A DNA stretch of 64,000 bases from the NCBI RefSeq assembly GCF_009914755.1, contig NC_060925.1; one strand, given 5' to 3'. Shown one piece after another: positions 63,176 through 64,000 of the stretch. A model generated the notes under the pieces. The model did not search any database, was not told the origin of the DNA, and saw only the letters and a list, made by a program, of their open reading frames with translations. How positions within the stretch are numbered: the stretch's first letter is position 1; every line of letters starts with the position of its first letter. The DNA is from the human T2T-CHM13v2.0 reference genome, Homo sapiens. Both the position numbers and the translations under genes were made by a program.

Positions 63176-64000
63176 TCACTCAAAAAAGTCATCATTTTAC
63201 AACAGCAACATTTTGTTTCCAGAATATTATGTATATTCCAAAAAAACAAAACACTGACACAATAACTCTATCTTTATAAATGATAGGAGTGATGTCAGCA
63301 TCAGAGTGAGCAAATTCTGTCTCAATATTCAAGGTCATTTTGGGCTGAGGGAATACGGGCATTAGACAGATTCATTCAGCAAAAATATTTTTGCTTCTCT
63401 GATTCAGGCAAAGATAAGAACTGAAACATGATTATAGTTCAGATCATTTGTATTTTATTCAAATAAACACACCTTTTTCTCCTGAAAATAGGCTAATTTC
63501 AAAAAACAATTTTAGTATAGTTATAGGTAATTTACTCAGTTACTATTGAGTTAATATACACAGGATAACATGTTGATCCTTAGGGATGAATTATATTTCT
63601 CTAGTATGTAGTCTAGACTTACAATGTCTCCCTTCAATTGTCTTCCAAACTAAGTGTTTTTAATCAGAAAATGAACTGTTGACAGTATGTATAGCAATGT
63701 ATTGATGCAAATACATCACTCAAGGGAAAGCAAGTCATGGTAGTGCAAAGGTAGAACCTTGTGATGCTATATACTTAGAAAATAAAGCATATTCATTGTT
63801 ACTGATGTTATCTATGACCTGAAATTTATAGTTTCTAGAACAATATTCCCTCTACTTCGCTCCTATTTTACTAAAGAATATTAATTAGGGACCAAAACAT
63901 CTTCAAATTGTCTGGAAAAAAATTAAAGGTCACAGGTTGTAGATATATAATCTTATTTTCTAAGAATTCAAGGTTAGTTGTATTTGTTATTTGGAAACCC

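Overview
AT-rich primate (probably human or hominoid, given AluY and L1PA3/4-type elements) intergenic or deep-intronic DNA. I can support no protein-coding gene or RNA gene: the ORF track is Alu, L1 or LTR sequence, or chance. The window is a layered record of transposons: 13 Alu loci, L1s of several ages, L2/MIR relics, MaLR/ERVL/ERV1 LTRs, MER44, a near-full-length Tigger1 and a solo Hsmar1/MADE1 terminal repeat. The most notable structure is at 6530-13912. An old L1PA16/17-like element (minus strand, intact 5' end) is followed at its 3' end by about four diverged ~171-bp satellite monomers and an A-rich tail. One 13-bp target-site duplication brackets the whole unit and splits an older L1ME-like host. 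This reads as an ancient L1 3' transduction that carried a piece of a 171-bp satellite array, possibly an extinct or pre-alphoid one. Repeat subfamily names come from remembered consensus sequences and need RepeatMasker/Dfam confirmation. Boundaries of old repeats are approximate.
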